DNA of 64,000 nt from Terriglobia bacterium (GTDB taxonomy: Bacteria; Acidobacteriota; Terriglobia; 20CM-2-55-15). This document shows positions 1 through 11,442 of this stretch, one piece after another (position 1 is the first letter of the stretch; each line of letters begins with the position of its first letter). A program made the translations under genes and the position numbers. The DNA lies in NCBI GenBank assembly GCA_965247425.1, contig OZ252023.1, positions 4,064,575 through 4,128,574 on the forward strand. Direction: 5' to 3'. A model generated the notes under the pieces. It worked only from the letters and a program-made list of their open reading frames with translations, ran no database searches and was not told the DNA's origin.

Positions 1-300
1 CTGCTCACGCATTTCGTCAAGTTTCGCTCTTTGAACCGCGTCGGATTCCGGCAACTGCAACAGGAATGCGATGACCTTGGATCGAATTGCCCAAACCACA
101 GCGAGCATATATAGACCGACGATGATCGGCATCATGTGTGTCAGAGAGTTCTCAACAAGGTCGAGCACCGACCAGAACGGCGATTCACGTCCCATCGCAT
201 CGATCAGGTGGCTTCCAATCGCCCCCATGTCCATGACCCAGTCGTCAAGGTTCAGGGCAACCATTGACGCGCCCAGAACGACAAAGGTCAGCGCCATCAT
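1..300 (-). CDS. hypothetical membrane protein, 5' part only (runs off window start)
   Basis: Own translation of the minus strand from the ATG at 298-300 (overlapping the patatin stop): MMALTFVVLGASMVALNLDDWVMDMGAIGSHLIDAMGRESPFWSVLDLVENSLTHMMPIIVGLYMLAVVWAIRSKVIAFLLQLPESDAVQRAKLDEMREQ. It has no stop within the window and hydrophobic stretches. Not in the ORF track because it lacks a stop. Confidence 0.35.
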   Translation of the reverse strand, partial: MMALTFVVLGASMVALNLDDWVMDMGAIGSHLIDAMGRESPFWSVLDLVENSLTHMMPIIVGLYMLAVVWAIRSKVIAFLLQLPESDAVQRAKLDEMREQ

Positions 301-1337
301 GTGATATGACCGAGCGTCAATCGACTACTGCCACGGGCTTCCTCGTCCGGGTCCGGCGCCGGATAGATGTTGTCGTTCAGGATCGGAGTGTCCGATATGA
401 TGAGGGGCCCGAGCGACTGCGTTATCGGTATTTCGTCGTACTTGGAGACGAATCGGGCGGCGATCGTCTGGGCCTTTTCGAGATCCGGGATGTCGGATTC
501 CTTCGTGAGCGCGATCGCCACCGAGTCCGTGCCCTGGTTGTCGTACACGCCGCCGTCCATCAGCGACACGGCTTTCACTTTGTTCCCCTTCGTGTCGCTG
601 CCGCAGTGGTATGCGATGTACCCTTCGATCTCACCGCAGAGCTTCGGTTCATTCTCCGGCCAGCGGAAATCTTGCGGGAAAGAGATGGGATCGAGTCCGA
701 TGGGAATGCAGGAGGATGCGGCGACGATATCGGCCAGGCGCGCCTTCCGGGCCCAGCTCTCCGGAAGCGGGATAAAGCGGTTGCCGCTCCTGCGAGGGAA
801 CTCGCCCTTATGAAAGCGGAAAGCCAGTCCCGTCTTGAACTCCGTCGTATTGAGGATGATTTCCTTCAGGTGGATTTCCCTGTCTCCCCACAAGACATCG
901 AATCGCGCGCCGTTCAGGAAGTTTTCCGTTTCGTCGTAGATGTCCGCCAGAGCCAGCACCGCATTCTGGCGCCCGGATTTCCGCGTGGAGTGCCGCTCGG
1001 GCTGTTCGCCCAGTTTCTTGAAGACACGGCGTACCAGATCCGCATGCATGAGGTAGTCGAAGAACTCTTTGTAGAATCGACGAAATGTGTCGTGGAGCGG
1101 TTCGTCGGCGGGCGCGGTCTTCAGGGTGAGCGCGTACTTGGCCGCGACGTGGCTGCCTCCGGACACCGACGAAAGGACCGAAACGTCCTTCAGCAACTTG
1201 ACGCGATCCAGATACCCGAGGGTACCCAGGTGGAATCCGGCCGCCCGACCGCCGCCGCCGGAGAGGGACAAGGAAATACTGCCCAACGGTTGCTCGTCAG
1301 TTCCAGGTATCTGGCTTTGGGTCATGTGATCAGTCAT
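297..1337 (-). CDS. patatin-like phospholipase
   Basis: Oxyanion-hole motif SGGGGRAAGFHLG near the N-terminus, then the GxSxG nucleophile elbow (SVSGGS); 346 aa. Confidence 0.85.
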   Translation of the reverse strand: MTDHMTQSQIPGTDEQPLGSISLSLSGGGGRAAGFHLGTLGYLDRVKLLKDVSVLSSVSGGSHVAAKYALTLKTAPADEPLHDTFRRFYKEFFDYLMHADLVRRVFKKLGEQPERHSTRKSGRQNAVLALADIYDETENFLNGARFDVLWGDREIHLKEIILNTTEFKTGLAFRFHKGEFPRRSGNRFIPLPESWARKARLADIVAASSCIPIGLDPISFPQDFRWPENEPKLCGEIEGYIAYHCGSDTKGNKVKAVSLMDGGVYDNQGTDSVAIALTKESDIPDLEKAQTIAARFVSKYDEIPITQSLGPLIISDTPILNDNIYPAPDPDEEARGSSRLTLGHIT

Positions 1338-1401
1338 CAGTGCAACCCTCCTGTGGGTTCGCCGAAGCTAGTTGTTCGACATGATGCTTGGTCCCCAGGC
1401 C

Positions 1402-3063
1402 TCAGGCTCTGGCTTTCCGTACCTGCAACTTCTCTGTCGGACCATCGACAGCTGATCCACCGGTCGTCGGCAGAAACGCCAGACCATCCCTCTTGAGCGT
1501 TTCCCAATCCTTCTGTCCCCGGGCAAAAAGCGAGTCGCCGAGTTGAGACTTCTTTGCGGGATTCTTCCTCAAGTAGTCCAGGAGTTTGTATAGCATCGTG
1601 ATCTGTCCGCAGGCGACGAGGACATTAAGCTGTTCTTTCGTCAACCACAGCGTTGTCGGCGTCTTGGATGCTCGAGCTGCAATCTCGATCATCTGGCCCG
1701 AAGGCTGCAACCATTCCGGCACATTTTGTTTCTCGTGGGCCAGATCATATATCTTGCAGGGAATGAGTCTGGAACGGAGATCGTCCGTAGCTCCCGGGTG
1801 GGTCGAAGGATCCTGGAGCGGGGTATCACGCTCTCCTGCCCCTTTGGGTTTTCTCGCCGCATAGATGATGTGGTACATGAGCCGACGTATTCGATTCAGG
1901 AAGATGGTGCTCGTCAGCGACCAGGTCGAGGTCAGCCGGGACTCGAGCATATAGCGGAGGTCGTACAATGTGAGCAGCCGAAGGTGTTTCCACATGTGGG
2001 GAGCCTCGGGCGAAACCGCACGCAGAATGTTGTTCACGCAGGCTCGAAGCCAGAGGAGGATGCCGATCAAAGCTCCCGCCAGCACCAGAGGAACGCACTG
2101 GGACAAGAAGGACCCGACGGTCCAATCCGTCTCTCCGTACGGAGGCCAGTAGATGATCGCACTGGCAACGAGTTGCACGATCGTACCGGCGGCAGTCAGA
2201 AGAAGAACCCACGCCAGCACAATCATGTGACCTACAGTGAACCAGCCGCCGACGCCGTGGGTTTTCATCGAGGCCTTCAAGTTCGGGCGATAGATGTCTT
2301 GTTCCAACTCCGGCACATCCGAGATGATGTAGAGCCCGAGTGCGTCTTCAGAGGGAATAAAGGCTTCGACCCAATTCTGCATCTTCTCCGGATCGTCGGT
2401 CGGCATCTTCTCGTCACCCGCGCAAGCCGCCATCATCACGCCCTCAATGCCCTCGTTGTCGATCACTCCACCGTCCATCAGAGGCAATGTCTCAATTCCG
2501 AAACTGTCCTTCAGATGACTCTGCACGTCGAGCCACAGATCCGGCTGTTCCTTCGGCCACACGAAATCTTGAGGAAACAATAGGGGTTCCAATCCCACGG
2601 GTATGTCCGAGGACGCGGCAACGACGTCGGCCAGGCGCATGGCGCCGGCATGTTGGCTGTCGATCCAGACCATCGGATTACCGATCCTGTGGAATCCGTC
2701 AATCGTCTGGAATCGAAACGCCCTGCCATCCTTGCATTCGGTAGAATTGAAAATGATGTTCTTCAGGTGGATCTCCCGACCGCCGAGGATCTCGGCGAAC
2801 AGAGCGCCATCCATGAAAGTCTCGTTATAGACATCAGCCAGAGCCTTGACGATGGTTCGGCGGGGCGAAGGCGTCGCCGGTGGAGGGCCGGTCAACCAAT
2901 CCAACGCTCTTGGCACGAGGTCGGCGTTGAGCAGAAAATCGTAAAAACTGTCGAAAAACATCTTGAAGGTCGCATGCCGATCTTCGTCCTCGGGCGCTCT
3001 CTTCAGCGTCAGGGCGTACCTCGCGGCAGTGAAAGTTCCGCCCGAAACACTGGAAAGGATCGA
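1402..3063 (-). pseudogene. patatin-like phospholipase paralog, C-terminal portion; gene split by the IS21 insertion
   Basis: The translation upstream of the annotated Met continues in frame as ...NVSILSSVSGGTFTAARYALTLKRAPEDEDRHATFKMFFDSF. This is colinear with the intact paralog (VSVLSSVSGGSHVAAKYALTLK...FFDYLMHADL). The reading frame breaks at the IS boundary at 3064-3068. Confidence 0.8.
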
Positions 3064-3068
3064 AACGT
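3064..3068. repeat. target-site duplication AACGT (left copy) of the IS21 insertion
   Basis: AACGT directly abuts the IS end. The same pentamer is at 5819-5823. Both patatin fragments read through it in frame (KDV | SIL). Confidence 0.6.
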
Positions 3069-3087
3069 TGATTTCGCTACTCTAAAT

Positions 3088-3122
3088 TGGCCCACTTTTG
3101 ATCGTTTGATTTGGCCCACCCC
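3088..3122. repeat. IS21 left terminal inverted repeat
   Basis: Reverse complement matches 5764-5798 with 2 mismatches. Confidence 0.75.
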
Positions 3123-3176
3123 TGACGACTGAACCGGAGAGGTGTTCCGAACAAAGAGTCGGAATGGAGGGACCCG

Positions 3177-4709
3177 GTGTCAAGGAGATCGAAGGTGGAA
3201 TTATTTGAAGAGATTCGGCGAGAGCACGAGTTTGGTGTGGGAACGATCCAGGGTGTGGCCCGGCGGCTGGGGGTGCATCGGCGGATGGTGCGTCAAGCGC
3301 TGGGAAACGCCGTGCCGCCGGCGAGGAAGAGCCCGGAGCGGAAGAGGCCGAGGCTGGAGCCGGTTATGGAATTTATCAACGGGGTGTTGGAGGCGGACAG
3401 GCAGGCCCCGCGGAAGCAGCGGCACACCAGTCACCGGATCTACGAACGGATCCGGATGGAATTTCCGAAACATCCGATTGGGGAATCGACGGTTCGCCGG
3501 TATGTCGGGCGGCGGAAGCGGGAGATGGGTTTCATCCGACAGGAGACGTTCGTGCCGCAAAGCTACGCCTGGGGTCAGGAAGCACAGATCGACTGGTACG
3601 AAGCCGTCGCGGAGTTGGATGGCGAACGGCAGAAGCTCCAGGTTTTCTGTATGCGGAGCATGGGCAGTGGTGGCGCATTCCATCGAGCTTATCCTCGGGC
3701 GACACAACAGGCATTCCTGGAGGCTCATGAGTTGGGTTTCCGCTATTTTGCGGGGGTCTTCGGGGTGCTGCGTTATGACAACCTGACCAGCGCGGTGAAG
3801 AAGATTCTGCGGGGATACCGGCGTGTAGAGACCGAACGGTTCATCGCGTTTCGGTCGCATTGGAAGTTTCAAGCCGAGTTCTGCACACCCGGCGAGGGCC
3901 ACGAGAAAGGCGGTGTGGAAGGCGAAGCCGGATACTTCCGGCGCAATCACCTGGTACCGGTGCCGAAGGCGAAGGACCTGGCGGATCTGAATGCGCAGCT
4001 GCTGGCCGGTTGCCGTGCCGATGAACGGCGCAAGATCGGCGATCGGGTCCAGACGGTGGGTGAAGGGATGCAGATCGAACAGCCCCATCTGCTCGCGTTA
4101 TCGACCGAAGGGTTCCCTCTGGCCGAGGACAGCTTTCCACGAGTCGATGGTAAGGGATGTGTACGGGTGCGTAACAACTTCTACTCCGCCCCCGTCAAGG
4201 CCGGGACTGTGGTGCGGGCGAGCGTTTTTCCGGCCTACGTGGAGGTCTGGCACGATGGCGGATGCGTGGCGCGGCATGAGCGAGGATATGGAAACGGCCA
4301 GCACTTCTTCAATCTGGAACATTATCTGGAGGTGTTGGAGCGGAAGCCGGGCGCGCTGGCCGGGAGCAAGCCTCTGGAGCAATGGCGGCAACAGGGCCGA
4401 TGGCCGAAAAGCTATGACGAGTTCTGGCAGACGTTGATCGATCGCAACGGAAAACAGAATGGGACCCGCGCAATGGTGGAGTTGCTCCTACTGGGCCGGG
4501 AACATGGCTATAGCGAGCTGGATTCCGCATTCCAACAAGCCCTGCGCCTGGGATGCTCCGATGCCGCCGCGGCGCGCTACCTGATGACCGAGGCCCGATT
4601 CGACCGGCCGGCGGCGCCGCGACTGGAAGTGGCCGCACTACGCGCTTATGAGCGGCCCCTGCCGGAGGTGAATACTTACGATGCACTGCTCACTGCGGAG
4701 GTGGTCTAG
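3177..4709 (+). CDS. istA: IS21-family transposase IstA
   Basis: 510 aa. N-terminal HTH, then a DDE transposase core typical of IstA. Immediately followed by istB with start/stop overlap. Confidence 0.85.
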   Translation: MSRRSKVELFEEIRREHEFGVGTIQGVARRLGVHRRMVRQALGNAVPPARKSPERKRPRLEPVMEFINGVLEADRQAPRKQRHTSHRIYERIRMEFPKHPIGESTVRRYVGRRKREMGFIRQETFVPQSYAWGQEAQIDWYEAVAELDGERQKLQVFCMRSMGSGGAFHRAYPRATQQAFLEAHELGFRYFAGVFGVLRYDNLTSAVKKILRGYRRVETERFIAFRSHWKFQAEFCTPGEGHEKGGVEGEAGYFRRNHLVPVPKAKDLADLNAQLLAGCRADERRKIGDRVQTVGEGMQIEQPHLLALSTEGFPLAEDSFPRVDGKGCVRVRNNFYSAPVKAGTVVRASVFPAYVEVWHDGGCVARHERGYGNGQHFFNLEHYLEVLERKPGALAGSKPLEQWRQQGRWPKSYDEFWQTLIDRNGKQNGTRAMVELLLLGREHGYSELDSAFQQALRLGCSDAAAARYLMTEARFDRPAAPRLEVAALRAYERPLPEVNTYDALLTAEVV

Positions 4710-5521
4710 TGTCCGCCACAGCCGGCGGGGTCGAACAGGCGGCGATTCAGCAGTACTGTAAAGCTCTCCGGACGCCCACGATCGGAACGCAGTTTGCGGC
4801 CATGGCCGAGCAGGCCCAGCGGGAAGAGCACACCTACACACGGTATCTGGAAGCCTTGCTGGCGATGGAAGTTGAAGAACGCGAACGGAACACCGTGGCC
4901 CGGCGGATTCAAGCCGCACGTTTCCCTCGAATGAAGACACTCGAGGACTTTGACTTCTCGCGGTCGAAGGTTCCAGCCAACCGGATCCGTGGACTCGCAG
5001 ACGGTGGCTATTTAGAACACGCCGAACCTGTCGTCCTGATCGGGAAGTGTGGAACGGGCAAGACGCACCTGGCCACAGGACTGTGCGTGGCCGCTTGTCG
5101 GCAGAAGAAGCGGGTTCGCTTTACGACGGCCGCCGGCTTGATCAACGAGTTGGTCGAGGCCCAACACAACGACCAGTTCCGCCGGGTTCTGGCCCGATGG
5201 TTCCGATACGAGTTGATTGCCATCGACGAAGTCGGCTATGTCCCGATGGCAGACCTCGGCGCCGAACTCCTCTTTCAAGTCATCTCGGATCGAGCCGAGC
5301 GGGCGACGGTGATCTTGACAACGAATCTGCCGTTCTCGGAATGGACCCAGGTGTTTCCCAATGTTCGGCTGTGCAAGGCGTTGCTGGACCGGATAACCGA
5401 TCGCGCTCACATCATCGAGACCGGAACCGAATCCTTCCGGTTTCGGCGCACGTTGGAGAAACGACAGAAACCACGGCATCCGCCTGGAAAGGAGAAACCC
5501 GCGAAACAAACCACGTCCTGA
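4709..5521 (+). CDS. istB: IS21-family helper ATPase IstB
   Basis: 270 aa. Walker [12 protein letters not shown]. DnaA-like IstB architecture. Confidence 0.85.
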   Translation: MSATAGGVEQAAIQQYCKALRTPTIGTQFAAMAEQAQREEHTYTRYLEALLAMEVEERERNTVARRIQAARFPRMKTLEDFDFSRSKVPANRIRGLADGGYLEHAEPVVLIGKCGTGKTHLATGLCVAACRQKKRVRFTTAAGLINELVEAQHNDQFRRVLARWFRYELIAIDEVGYVPMADLGAELLFQVISDRAERATVILTTNLPFSEWTQVFPNVRLCKALLDRITDRAHIIETGTESFRFRRTLEKRQKPRHPPGKEKPAKQTTS

Positions 5522-5763
5522 GGGTCGGATCGCCGCGCGGTCGTCGATCCTGGGCGATCCTGGAAACGGAGTTTTTTCCCGAAAGAAAGAAAAAGAACCA
5601 AAAAGAAAGAAACGGAGGCCTGTGGAAGATGACGCGCTGTGGAAATCCTAAAAACCAGGATTCCCACAGCGCTTGGAAAAGCCTCGCCAAGGGCGCTCGG
5701 CTTTCCCACATCTACAACACAGGCCCGACGGTAATTATCACTACTCGGAATTATTAACAGGAG

Positions 5764-5798
5764 GGGGTGGCCCAAATCAGACGATCAAAAGTGGGCCA
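5764..5798. repeat. IS21 right terminal inverted repeat
   Basis: GGGGTGGCCCAAATCAGACGATCAAAAGTGGGCCA is the reverse complement of the left IR. Confidence 0.75.
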
Positions 5799-5818
5799 GA
5801 CCGGGTGGACAAACCCAA

Positions 5819-5823
5819 AACGT
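5819..5823. repeat. target-site duplication AACGT (right copy)
   Basis: Identical pentamer to 3064-3068, directly outside the IS end. Confidence 0.6.
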
Positions 5824-5965
5824 CTTTCAACAAGTCAAGACGATCTAGTGTGGAGAGGGTTCCCAGATGGAAAGCGCCGGCACGGCCACCGCCGCCGGAC
5901 AGGGACAGGGCGACCGGGCCCATGGATTCGCCTGTGCCAGGTTTCAGCTGCTCACCAGACGTCAT
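5824..5965 (-). pseudogene. patatin-like phospholipase paralog, N-terminal portion (upstream of the IS21 insertion)
   Basis: MTSGEQLKPGTGESMGPVALSLSGGGGRAGAFHLGTLSTLDRLDLLKDV, then the reading frame enters IS sequence. Homologous to the N-terminus of the intact patatin (SISLSLSGGGGRAAGFHLGTLGYLDRVKLLKDV). Confidence 0.8.
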
Positions 5966-5981
5966 TCCGACTCCTTTTCGA

Positions 5982-7461
5982 TCAGTTCCCAGTCGCGGCG
6001 CGGGAGGCCGGCAAACGAACGTCCGACCCCGTTCCTTTCGATCGGTCGCCATTCGATTCGGCCAGAGTCGTTCGAGCCCCGGGCCACTTTCCTCTCGCCT
6101 GCACTCGTTCCAGGCCCACCCGGGCGAGCGTACGCTGATAAGAGATGAACGAAAGGTTGGCGGTTGCGTTGGCCAGCGGTGTCCAGGGACTCTTGCCCAT
6201 CCTCCTCAAGATCCGCCCCGCTATTCTACTGGGGCTGTAGGCACACTTCATGCATCGAAAGAGCGCGAACTCCAGTTCGTCGGCAGACATGCCCGTCGGC
6301 TCGTACACGAGGTGCATCCCATCCAGATCACCCAGAATGTTTCCCTGGAGAAGGCGGCCGGAATCGCGGAGGCCCGCGTGGAAGGGAGTGCCTTCGATCG
6401 GCGCCGCCAGAGAGAAGACCGGGACGTCGACTCCGATGTCGTGGACGAGGCTCGGAAGATCCTCCAGGTACCGCGGTGTGTCCCCGTCGAGGCCGACAAG
6501 GAAGATACTCATGATCAGAACGCCGTTGTCATGCAGATAACGGATTCTCTGCTTATACTGCGCGACCTGGTTATGCAGTTTGTTCGATGCCCGCAGGCTG
6601 TCGAGCGATAAGCTCTCCAGCCCGATGTACACGAAGCGGCAACCGGCCTTTCCCATCATCCGTGCCGACTCGGGCGTCACGGTGTCGATGGAGGTTTCCG
6701 TAGCCCAGATTCGCTTCAAGGGCGTGAGCGCCTGACAGAGATCCCGGAAGTATTCCCGGTCGGCGCCGAGGTTGTTGTCCCAGAGCATCAGATACTTGCG
6801 CTGCAGCCAGTTCCAGCCCGAAGGAACGGCCTGGATGTCTCGGATGACGTTTGCGACTGGCCTGTGCCGAAAGGGGTGCCGGATGGCCGACAGAACGCAG
6901 AACGAACAGGTGAAGGGACACCCGCGCGTGGCCTCGTAGCTCATCGGGACCTGGAAGTCTGTTTCCACCAGATCGTAACGGGGAACCGGCAGTTGATCCA
7001 GATCCGCGGGGCCGTCTGCCTTGTAAATGGGGTCCAGACGGGATCGTTCGAGGTCGGCAATGATCCGCCCGATCACCGGCTCCGCCTCTCCCACAACGAC
7101 GGAGTCGGCAACATCGGCAAAGTAGGCCGGGTTGAGCGTCGGGAAAAGCCCGCCCACGATCACCTTGACGCCGCGTCTGCCGAATTCTCGCGCCAGATAT
7201 CTGGCATGGTCCGCGCACCAATCCATCGTCGAGAGAAAAACGGCATGAACGTCCATGTCCAGATCCACATCACGGACCATTTCATGGGCTATCGTGATCG
7301 TCCAGTGCCGCGGGAGCAACGACGCCAGGTGGATCGCGGTATATGGCGCGGCGGTTTTGTCGCTGGCCAGCGCGGGCGGCACCAGCCGGCCAAGCTCTGA
7401 ATCTCTGCCCGTCCAGGTGGGGTAGTTCTTCGGTCGCCACACCACAATGACCCCAACTCGC
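5982..7461 (-). CDS. B12-binding domain-containing radical SAM protein
   Basis: Start taken at the internal Met ([11 protein letters not shown]...). N-terminal Rossmann-like B12-binding region ([11 protein letters not shown]...GVKVIVGG), then the radical SAM motif CPFTCSFC. Its start abuts the plsC stop. Confidence 0.8.
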
Positions 7462-7462
7462 A

Positions 7463-8278
7463 TCAGCCCTCCTCTCTCGCGTTCAGTTGTACGGCCTCGG
7501 ACCGGAGTTCCAGGATCCGCCGGCGAACAACTTCCATCAGAACATCGCTTGTCCCGCTCGTATAGCCCGTGGTGTCGATCGGGCGCCCCACTACCGCAGA
7601 CACAGGACTGCGTCCGGTCAGGTGCCAGCCTTTCGGACAAACCTTGCGCGTGTCGGCGATTCCGACGGGAATGATCGGCGCTCCTGATCGAACCGCAAGC
7701 AGGAAACCGCCTTTCTTGAAAGGCAGCAACTCGGAGCTGTCGGACCGGGTGCCCTCAGGATAGATCAGCACGCGATTCTTGCCGGCGATAGCCTGCGCGG
7801 CTTTTCCCAGACTGCGGCGTGTGTCATGCCGGCTTCCGCGACGCACCGCCAGATGCCCATTCGACCACATCGCCCAGCCGAACAGTGGAAGGTAGAAGAG
7901 GTCCTGCCGGGCAAAAAACCGTATCGGAGCTTTCGACAGCACCATCATGACGACGGGGTCGAACAAGCTCTCGTGGTTGCTCATCACGATCGCACCACGG
8001 ACACCGTTCAGATATTCGAACCCTTGAGACCGTATTCCCTGGACTCCGCCGGTGACGAGAACCATCCAGGCCCAGAGGCGGCTGGAAAACCAACCGAGGC
8101 GACCGGATCGGTCGACCAGGCCCAATACAAAGATTGGTAACAGAAGGGTTGCCGAAGCGAGGGTCAGACCCAGAAGACTCACCAACGACCGGAAACACTT
8201 CAACCACCTGTCCCGGCTCTCGTTCATCCAGGTGCCCGGAGGCAGATCCGAAACGCGGGTTCGATTCAGGTTAATCAA
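7463..8278 (-). CDS. plsC: 1-acyl-sn-glycerol-3-phosphate acyltransferase-like (PlsC/LPLAT family)
   Basis: Acyltransferase motifs NHESLFDP (NHxxxxD) and YPEGTRS. N-terminal TM helix. Confidence 0.75.
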   Translation of the reverse strand: MINLNRTRVSDLPPGTWMNESRDRWLKCFRSLVSLLGLTLASATLLLPIFVLGLVDRSGRLGWFSSRLWAWMVLVTGGVQGIRSQGFEYLNGVRGAIVMSNHESLFDPVVMMVLSKAPIRFFARQDLFYLPLFGWAMWSNGHLAVRRGSRHDTRRSLGKAAQAIAGKNRVLIYPEGTRSDSSELLPFKKGGFLLAVRSGAPIIPVGIADTRKVCPKGWHLTGRSPVSAVVGRPIDTTGYTSGTSDVLMEVVRRRILELRSEAVQLNAREEG

Positions 8279-8336
8279 TGTAAAGTTCCATCACTTCCAA
8301 CGGCGGCTTACGCGCACCGAACCTGCTAAAAGGAAG

Positions 8337-11300
8337 TCAGAAAGTCACTCGGAGTCCCAATTGGATTCGTCTCGGATCGAACGCGGACGTGAATCCGAGC
8401 GGTTGGCTGGGACCCACATCCTTCCGTCCCCTGACATCAAACGGACCGGGTATGTTCCCGACCGTGTTGTTGACACTTTGAAAATTCAGCCGATTGAGCG
8501 TATTAAAAGCTTCCGCTATGAAACTGATATTGGCGCCATCCCCGAATTGGATCCGCTTGCTCAGGCGGAGATCCAGCGTCCAGAAACTGGGACCAAGGCC
8601 CGTGTTGCGGCCGGCAAAGGGAGGCCTGTCGGTCGTGCTGTGCCTGTCGCCGTTTATGTCGGCGCCGACGAGCAGGTTGAACGGCCGGCCGCTGTTGCCT
8701 CGAAGGATCGTAGTCAACGAGATGTCGGCCAGGGCAGCCTCCCAGGCGTCCCTGCCGGTCTCGAACGGAGTCTCCAGAGTCCCGTACATGACGAGTTTGT
8801 GGCGCTGGTCAAAAGACGAGAGCGCGCGTTCCGCATCAAGGTCCAACTGATTCGTCGCCTGGAAATCGGAATTAAAATCAACGACCTCGTCGATCGCCTT
8901 GCTGAACGTGTAGTTGAGATTCAGACTGAACTGGTCGGCAAAACGTTTGGTCATCTCGAACACGAGCCCGTGATAGAAAGCCCTGCCCGTTGATTCATAG
9001 ACGTTGTCCTGAAACAGCAGTGGCTGTTTGAAGAACTGGGGGGACCAGACGGGGATACCAAGATCCAGATCAACCGGAGCCGGCAGCAAATTGTCGTCGC
9101 GCGCCCGGATGATTTTGAGGGTTCGAGAGAACATATAGGAGGCGCCGATCGACAGAGTCCGATTGATGGCGCGTTCGATGCCCAAACTGGCCTGCTGGGA
9201 GTAGGCATTGACGAAGTCGTCCGAGTTCCTGAACAACACGGTCAACGGCGGAACCGGGCCGTCATGTGTGACACTGATTCCGAACTGACCGAGGTCCGCC
9301 TCGGTGATTGATCTTGTCGGTGACGGAAGAGTGATCACGCCTTGCGCCGAAAGGGTCCGGTAAATGTTGGCCGCGCTGGCTGCTCCCGGTGTCTGGATGG
9401 TCGTAAAGACCTGTGCGATCTGGCGATGATCGTCGAGGTTGGCGAAAGCCCTGGCAACAAAATCCAACTGGTAGTAGTGCGGCGAATAGAAAATGCCATA
9501 TCCGCCGCGAACCGTGGTCAAGCCATCCTCGAACGGATCCCATGCGAAAGCGAACCTGGGAGCAAAGTTGTTCGTGTCGGTTGGCACGGGATCAGTTCGA
9601 TCATCCAGTTCGTAACGTATCCCCAGGTCGAGCGTCAGGTGAGGCGTCAGTTTCCAGCTATCCTGGACATACCCCGCAAAAAACGGAATCGTCGAACCGA
9701 CTCTGGGGTTCCCGAAACCCTGCTGATAGGCCTGCGGCAGCCCCAGGTTAAATGCCTGCAGGCCGTTGATCGAGGTTGAAGCCAGGGCCGGGCTGATCAG
9801 AGCTCCGGGTAACTCACCGAAGAAAAAACGGCCGCTGAAAAACACGAAAGCGTCGTTTGCAATCCCGCGAATCAAGACGCGACCACCCAGTTTCAGGTTA
9901 TGTGCTCCGCGGACAATGTTCAGGCTGTCTGAAAACTCGTAGTTCCGGGTAATGGTGTTGCTCGGAAGAAACGCATCGCGATTGAAGAAGCCAAATCCAT
10001 TAATGTTGATCTCCGGTCCGAACTTCTCGGCCGTGCTTACGAAAAAGTTGCGGTAGTTGAAGAGGAATCGTGCCTGGTTGACGACGGTTGGACCCGCGAC
10101 GTGAGTCCACGAGACGAAGCTGTCGCCATCCAGGATGTCCGTACTGAAGCCTCGTGACGCACCCACCAGCGCCCTGGTGTTGGGATTGGTTTCCGTGATG
10201 TCGGCCAGGTTCAGACGAAGCATGAACTGATTGCTGTCGTCGAGACTGTGGTCCAGGCGAAGCGAGAACTTGTTTGAAGACGTATCGAAAGGAAAGACCC
10301 CACTATTCTCCTCAAAGAGCGCCCTCGTGCCGGGCGGGCTGGTCAAGACCTGGCGGAGCGCGGCGCTGGCGGGGGCGGGCAGAACGCCGAGAATCTGTTC
10401 CTGCGCGGGTGTCGGCCGAAATATGGATCGATCCGTCAAAACCGGGACCGAGTTGGATTCATTTCGCTGGAGCCCTTCATAGGCCGCAAAGAAGAAAGTC
10501 CTGTTTCTCGTAATCGGTCCACCCAGGGTCACGCCAAACTGCTGACGGTCCGACGGCGGCTCGATACGTTCGAGCCGGTCACCGGACAGGCCGAGGGCAA
10601 ACGGATCCGCGGCATCGAGTTTCTCGTGTCTCAGGAAACCATAGACCGACCCGTGAAAATCGTTGGTGCCCGACTTCGAGACGATGTTGATCACCCCGCC
10701 GCTGGCGCCGCCCAACTCGGCGGAATAGCCACTGCGATTGACCTGGAACTCCTGAACGGCATCCTGGCTGAGCGTTTCGCGGACGCCCCCGGCGAAGTCG
10801 TTGGCTTCGGCGCCGTCTGCCATGACACTGTTACCCCTCCCGTTGTTGCCAAAGAAGGAGATCCCGGAATCACGTGTCTGAGTGACGCGAAAGTCGCTGG
10901 AGTCGGCAAGCGCCTTGGAATCCACGACCCCCGGGGCCAACAACGTATAGGAGAGATAGTCTCTGCGATCAATCGGCAGTTCCCGAATAGCAACCTCATC
11001 TATCGTATTGGCTTGATGGGAGCGTTCGGTTTCGACGATCGGCACGTCGGCAACCACGTTCACCTCTGTTGACAGCCCGAGTAGTTCCATCCGGAAGTCT
11101 GTCTGGGTGACCTGCCCCACCGTCACCTGGATGCCCGTGTGAGTCTGGGAAGCGAAAGGCTCCTGGACGACCTCCACTGCGTAGCGACCCGGAGGCATCA
11201 GGAGGGCGAAGTAGTTACCGCCGTTGTCGGTCGCCACGGCCCGTTGGATGCCCGTATAGGAGTTGATGACCCTCACCTGGACGCCGAGAATCGGCAATCC

Positions 11301-11423
11301 TGAAGGGTCCCGCACCGTTCCCTGGATCTCACCCGTCGCGACACCCGATTGCGCCTCGGCAATCACTACCGTCCAGGCGAGTATCACCAACGTGATCCCG
11401 ATCTTCCTTCTCATGTCTTGCAT
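8337..11423 (-). CDS. TonB-dependent receptor with N-terminal carboxypeptidase-regulatory-like domain
   Basis: 1028 aa. Signal peptide, CarbopepD_reg-like N-domain (GTVRDPSGLPILGVQVRV...TDNGGNY), plug and barrel. Terminal aromatic residue (…LGLRVTF). Confidence 0.8.
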   Translation of the reverse strand: MQDMRRKIGITLVILAWTVVIAEAQSGVATGEIQGTVRDPSGLPILGVQVRVINSYTGIQRAVATDNGGNYFALLMPPGRYAVEVVQEPFASQTHTGIQVTVGQVTQTDFRMELLGLSTEVNVVADVPIVETERSHQANTIDEVAIRELPIDRRDYLSYTLLAPGVVDSKALADSSDFRVTQTRDSGISFFGNNGRGNSVMADGAEANDFAGGVRETLSQDAVQEFQVNRSGYSAELGGASGGVINIVSKSGTNDFHGSVYGFLRHEKLDAADPFALGLSGDRLERIEPPSDRQQFGVTLGGPITRNRTFFFAAYEGLQRNESNSVPVLTDRSIFRPTPAQEQILGVLPAPASAALRQVLTSPPGTRALFEENSGVFPFDTSSNKFSLRLDHSLDDSNQFMLRLNLADITETNPNTRALVGASRGFSTDILDGDSFVSWTHVAGPTVVNQARFLFNYRNFFVSTAEKFGPEININGFGFFNRDAFLPSNTITRNYEFSDSLNIVRGAHNLKLGGRVLIRGIANDAFVFFSGRFFFGELPGALISPALASTSINGLQAFNLGLPQAYQQGFGNPRVGSTIPFFAGYVQDSWKLTPHLTLDLGIRYELDDRTDPVPTDTNNFAPRFAFAWDPFEDGLTTVRGGYGIFYSPHYYQLDFVARAFANLDDHRQIAQVFTTIQTPGAASAANIYRTLSAQGVITLPSPTRSITEADLGQFGISVTHDGPVPPLTVLFRNSDDFVNAYSQQASLGIERAINRTLSIGASYMFSRTLKIIRARDDNLLPAPVDLDLGIPVWSPQFFKQPLLFQDNVYESTGRAFYHGLVFEMTKRFADQFSLNLNYTFSKAIDEVVDFNSDFQATNQLDLDAERALSSFDQRHKLVMYGTLETPFETGRDAWEAALADISLTTILRGNSGRPFNLLVGADINGDRHSTTDRPPFAGRNTGLGPSFWTLDLRLSKRIQFGDGANISFIAEAFNTLNRLNFQSVNNTVGNIPGPFDVRGRKDVGPSQPLGFTSAFDPRRIQLGLRVTF

Positions 11424-11442
11424 TTGCTTCAGTATGAACCGC

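Larger units (their letters stand above)
3069..5818 (+). mobile_element. IS21-family insertion sequence (istA + istB), about 2.75 kb
   Basis: Tandem istA/istB ORFs. Terminal inverted repeats TGGCCCACTTTTGATCGTTTGATTTGGCCCACCC (3088-3122) and its reverse complement (5764-5798). Flanked by 5-bp direct repeats AACGT. The host gene is split. Confidence 0.85.

Noticed and set aside
8052-8993. 313-aa plus-strand ORF
   Set aside because: Antisense overlap with plsC and the TonB receptor; Arg-rich junk translation.
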